Origin: a virus | Lineage: Duplodnaviria; Caudoviricetes | Strand: one strand, 5' to 3' | Length of the DNA stretch: 59,555 bases | IMG/VR virus record: IMGVR_UViG_3300050343_000001 | Span: 1-59,555 of that record | Part shown: piece after piece, positions 56,041-59,555 of the stretch | Layout of the letters: each line of letters begins with the position of its first letter | Position numbering within the stretch: the stretch's first letter is position 1 | The notes under the pieces: model-generated | Database searches by the model: none | Told to the model about the DNA's origin: nothing | The model's input: the letters and a program-made list of their open reading frames with translations, nothing else | Program-made: the position numbers and the translations under genes

Positions 56041-56255
56041 TGGGACGTAACGTGAAAGCTATAAAAGACATAGCAACCTTTAGACGTAAGTACATAGTAA
56101 AGACAGGTAGTGTTGGCACTACTTTGGTTGAGAACACTAACCAAGAAGTATGGGAGTTCGCCGCAGATCAAATTATACGGCATGGCTACCCTAGTTTAGC
56201 AGATTATCTTGTCGATCTGTTGGTAGATGAATACTACAGTAAGAAAGATAAATAA
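56037..56255 (+). CDS. Hypothetical protein
   Basis: Coupled to both neighbours. Confidence 0.6.
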   Translation: MMGRNVKAIKDIATFRRKYIVKTGSVGTTLVENTNQEVWEFAADQIIRHGYPSLADYLVDLLVDEYYSKKDK

Positions 56256-58081
56256 TGGATGTATATACACTCGACTTTGAGACCTACTACGATCAGGAAT
56301 ACTCACTGTCTAAGATGACGACAGAAGATTATGTGCGCGACTCAAGGTTCGAAGTAATCGGCCTTGCTATAAAAAAGAATGATAAAGCCACTCAGTACTT
56401 AAACGACCCCCAGGTAATTGAACGTCTACTATCATACATAGACTTCTCTGAGAGCGCTATCTTAGCACAGAACACTATGTTCGATGGAGCTATACTAAGT
56501 TGGAGGTATGGTGTGAAGCCGAAGGTTTGGTTCGATACTATGTGCATGGGTAGAGGTTTACACGGCGTGGATGCAGGCGCATCATTGCGGGCTTTGTCTG
56601 AACGCTACGGTATTGGCGAGAAAGGTTTCGAAGTACACAACGCCAAGGGCAAACGCCGCGCCGATTTCACTGCGGAAGAAGCTAAGAAGTATGGCGAGTA
56701 TTGCATACAAGATGTCGAGCTAACGTATAAACTGTTTAAGATCATGGGGGCTAACTTTCCGCGCACTGAGTTAAAGCTGATCGACGTTACACTGCGTATG
56801 TTTATTGATCCGATACTCGATCTAGACCTTGGGTTGTTGGAACAGCACTTGGAAGACACGCAAGACCGTAAGGATAAACTACTGCGCGATGCAGGGGTGA
56901 CAGATAAGAAAGACTTGATGTCAAATCTCAAGTTCGCTGACATGCTACGTGATCTTGGTGTCGAGCCGCCTATGAAGACCAGTCTGACAACAGGTAAGGA
57001 GACGTACGCCTTTGCTAAGAGTGACGAAGACTTCAAGGCATTGCAGGAACATGAGGATGATCGTGTGCAATCCCTAGTAGCGGCGCGCCTTGGGAATAAA
57101 TCTACCCTTGAGGAAACACGTACACAGAGGTTTATAGGTATCTCTAAACGTGGGCGTTTACCTGTACCGATTAGGTACTACGCGGCGCACACGGGTCGAT
57201 GGGGTGGAGCAGATAAGATTAACTTACAGAACCTACCGAGCCGTGGACTAAATGGTAAGAAGTTAAAGAAGGCCATCATTGCACCAGAAGGACACACAGT
57301 TGTCGAAGCCGATTCGTCCCAAATCGAGGCACGGGTACTCGCGTGGTTTGCGGGACAGAATGATTTAGTAGACCAGTTCTCCAAGGGTGAGGACGTGTAT
57401 AAGTACATGGCTTCAAGTATATATAACGTGGCTGTAGAAGATGTAACTAAAGATCAAAGGTTTGTAGGTAAGACTACAATTCTAGGTGCGGGCTACGGCA
57501 TGGGCGCAGAGAAGTTCGGCATGCAGTTGAAGACGTTCGGGTTTGAGGTGTCTGAGGACGAAGCGAGACGGATTATATCTATCTACCGAGAAGCTAACTT
57601 CAAGATAAGCAAGGTATGGAGAGACGCTAACTATATGGTTAAGCAGTTGGCTAACCATAGAGCAGTGCAGTTTGGAAAGAAGGGTATCATTGGAGTAGAC
57701 CCTGAGAACCAAGCCTTGATAGTACCTAACGGGCTAAAGATATTTTATCCTGATTTACATGGGGAGCAGTCTGAGAGTGGTTTCGAATATACATACAAAG
57801 TACGTCGGGGTCGAACCCGTATATACGGCGGTAAAGTTATCGAGAACGTGTGTCAGGCTATAGCGCGTTGCATAATAGGTGAGCAGATGCTACTAATTAA
57901 TAAGAAGTATAAAGTAGTGCTTACTGTACACGATTCGATTGCATGTTGTGTACCCGACGAGGAGGTCGCCGAAGCACAAGCATACGTGGAGAGATGTATG
58001 AGATGGACACCAGACTGGGCAGAGGGCCTACCTGTCGATTGCGAAAGTGGTACTGGCAAATCGTACGGAGATTGTGAATAA
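56255..58081 (+). CDS. polA: Family A DNA polymerase with 3'-5' exonuclease
   Basis: ExoI DFET, ExoIII YCIQD, TGRW, NLQNLP, motif A DSSQIEAR, motif B RFVGKTTILGAGYG, motif C VHDS. Confidence 0.93.
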   Translation: MDVYTLDFETYYDQEYSLSKMTTEDYVRDSRFEVIGLAIKKNDKATQYLNDPQVIERLLSYIDFSESAILAQNTMFDGAILSWRYGVKPKVWFDTMCMGRGLHGVDAGASLRALSERYGIGEKGFEVHNAKGKRRADFTAEEAKKYGEYCIQDVELTYKLFKIMGANFPRTELKLIDVTLRMFIDPILDLDLGLLEQHLEDTQDRKDKLLRDAGVTDKKDLMSNLKFADMLRDLGVEPPMKTSLTTGKETYAFAKSDEDFKALQEHEDDRVQSLVAARLGNKSTLEETRTQRFIGISKRGRLPVPIRYYAAHTGRWGGADKINLQNLPSRGLNGKKLKKAIIAPEGHTVVEADSSQIEARVLAWFAGQNDLVDQFSKGEDVYKYMASSIYNVAVEDVTKDQRFVGKTTILGAGYGMGAEKFGMQLKTFGFEVSEDEARRIISIYREANFKISKVWRDANYMVKQLANHRAVQFGKKGIIGVDPENQALIVPNGLKIFYPDLHGEQSESGFEYTYKVRRGRTRIYGGKVIENVCQAIARCIIGEQMLLINKKYKVVLTVHDSIACCVPDEEVAEAQAYVERCMRWTPDWAEGLPVDCESGTGKSYGDCE

Positions 58082-58869
58082 TGGCATTTAATATTTTTAA
58101 ACGTAAAGAAGAACCTATATATTTAGACTGCTATACACATAGCCATTACGCATACAATCACGCTAAAATTAATTACGCGAAGAATTACATTCCTGATTGG
58201 TGGAAGAAAGAGCCCTCAAAGACTAAAGACGGGGCTGCAACTATAAAGCATTGTTCTGCGTTTTCTAGATTCTATGCAAAGGGTATTGTAATACCTTTAT
58301 GGGGCGAAGTTGAAATAACTATTAACCCTTTAAATAGTGATAAGAACGGATATGATTGGAAATCATCAAATGAAGATTTTGATTTACATAGCTATTGCCA
58401 CAGCAGAGAACAGTGGAATGGGTTTGGCGACGACAGCTTCTGTAATATAAAGTTTCATTCCCCTTGGGTATTTAAGACAAGAGATGCTGTTGATTTTGTT
58501 TGGAGTAGCCCAACTTGGAGTACGCCTGACACGTTTAATACTTTAACTGTACTACCCGCCGTAGTACAATTTAAAACGCAGCATGGTTCAGAAATAAACT
58601 TTATTATACAGCAGAAAGAAAAAGAGCAGAAAGTAAATCTGCCGGCATTAACACCTCTAGCGATATTGCATCCTATGACTGAGCGTAGGGTAGAGATAAG
58701 ACACCACCTTATAAGTTTAGAAAAGTATTATAAGATAGGTCGCAAAAGTGGTGGTATGATTTTAGGCGGTACAAATGAAGACGCAATAGCAGGAACGCCT
58801 AAACGTCTAACAAAGAACGAAAAGTTTTGGCAAAAAGCCGACGAACTAAACAAATGTCCATTCGAATGA
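58081..58869 (+). CDS. Hypothetical protein, AT-rich, inserted between polymerase and nuclease
   Basis: 262 aa; TIKHC, G.VIPLW, KFHSPW, TPL...HP motifs. Confidence 0.7.
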   Translation: MAFNIFKRKEEPIYLDCYTHSHYAYNHAKINYAKNYIPDWWKKEPSKTKDGAATIKHCSAFSRFYAKGIVIPLWGEVEITINPLNSDKNGYDWKSSNEDFDLHSYCHSREQWNGFGDDSFCNIKFHSPWVFKTRDAVDFVWSSPTWSTPDTFNTLTVLPAVVQFKTQHGSEINFIIQQKEKEQKVNLPALTPLAILHPMTERRVEIRHHLISLEKYYKIGRKSGGMILGGTNEDAIAGTPKRLTKNEKFWQKADELNKCPFE

Positions 58870-58878
58870 GGAAATAAA

Positions 58879-59553
58879 ATGAGTAAAGCCGCGCCGTGGT
58901 CGTTTAGTCGGATCAAAGCATTTGAGCAATGCCCTAAACAGTTCTACCATGAGAAGGTACTCAAGCAGTACCCGTTCAGAGAAACCGAGGCCATGCGCTA
59001 CGGTACTGAGTTTCACAAGGCATGTGAGGATTACATAGGTAAAGGTACTCCTGTACCCGCCAAGTTTAACTTTATAAAACCTACGTTGGATTCCCTTAAC
59101 GACAAAAAAGGCAAGAAGATAGTGGAGCAGAAGTTAGGCTTGACCGCTGACCTAGAACCCTGCAGTTTCTTTGCAAAAGATGTATGGTTTCGAGGCATTG
59201 TTGATCTTGCGATCATAGACAAAGAAACTGGGGTGGGTTGGATCATTGACTACAAGACAGGCAGATCGGCGAAGTATGCTGACAAAGGCCAGTTGGAGTT
59301 GATGGCGTTGACAATCTTTAAACATTACCCCGAGGTCACTAAGCTAAATGCAGGTCTGTTGTTCGTTATTGCCAAGAGCCTTGTCAAAGCCGAATATGAA
59401 ATAGACTTACAGCAACTTCTATGGGGGAAATGGTTAGCAAACTATGCTAAGATGGAGAAAGCGTTCGAGGTGGATGTTTGGAATCCAAAGCCATCTGGTC
59501 TGTGTAAACGACACTGTCAAGTAGTTGAGTGTCCCCATAATGGAGCAAACTAA
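58879..59553 (+). CDS. Cas4/RecB-like PD-(D/E)XK exonuclease
   Basis: WSFS...CP, G..FH, GIVD, IDYKTG, QL, C-terminal C..C...C. Confidence 0.88.
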   Translation: MSKAAPWSFSRIKAFEQCPKQFYHEKVLKQYPFRETEAMRYGTEFHKACEDYIGKGTPVPAKFNFIKPTLDSLNDKKGKKIVEQKLGLTADLEPCSFFAKDVWFRGIVDLAIIDKETGVGWIIDYKTGRSAKYADKGQLELMALTIFKHYPEVTKLNAGLLFVIAKSLVKAEYEIDLQQLLWGKWLANYAKMEKAFEVDVWNPKPSGLCKRHCQVVECPHNGAN

Positions 59554-59555
59554 TG

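Noticed and set aside
58879-59553. cas4 as part of a CRISPR-Cas system
   Set aside because: It is a stand-alone Cas4-like nuclease next to the polymerase, common in phages; no cas1 or cas2.

Overview
The window is an apparently complete ~59.5 kb genome of a tailed dsDNA phage, probably podovirus-like. A marine alphaproteobacterial host is plausible but is inference only. The last bases (ATG, 59553-59555) join position 1 with a 1-nt overlap and restore the first gene, so the contig looks circular. There are two arms. The + strand arm (45082-59555 continuing into 1-6518) holds early and replication genes: MoxR-type AAA ATPase, VWA/metallopeptidase, VRR-NUC nuclease, dATP/dGTP diphosphohydrolase-like protein, family A DNA polymerase, Cas4-like nuclease, SNF2 helicase, SSB-like protein and primase-helicase. 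The - strand arm (44700 down to 6594) holds late genes: terminase, portal, GroES, scaffold, capsid, basic proteins, tail, lysis and internal virion proteins. I saw no integrase, RNA polymerase, tRNA or true CRISPR array. Most notable: (1) a five-gene cassette of signal-peptide proteins, including a pilin-like subunit but no usher, beside the lysis genes; (2) an HTH gene carrying an in-frame 44-nt copy of the capsid gene 5' end between 15-bp direct repeats; (3) at least ten GTAGT-N5-ACTAC palindromes confined to the early arm; (4) an iteron/IHF-site region with a separate 23-bp triple repeat; (5) a candidate sRNA antisense to the ribosome-binding sites of replication genes; (6) a halogenase-like gene in the tail module. 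Product calls come from motif recognition by eye; no database search was run.
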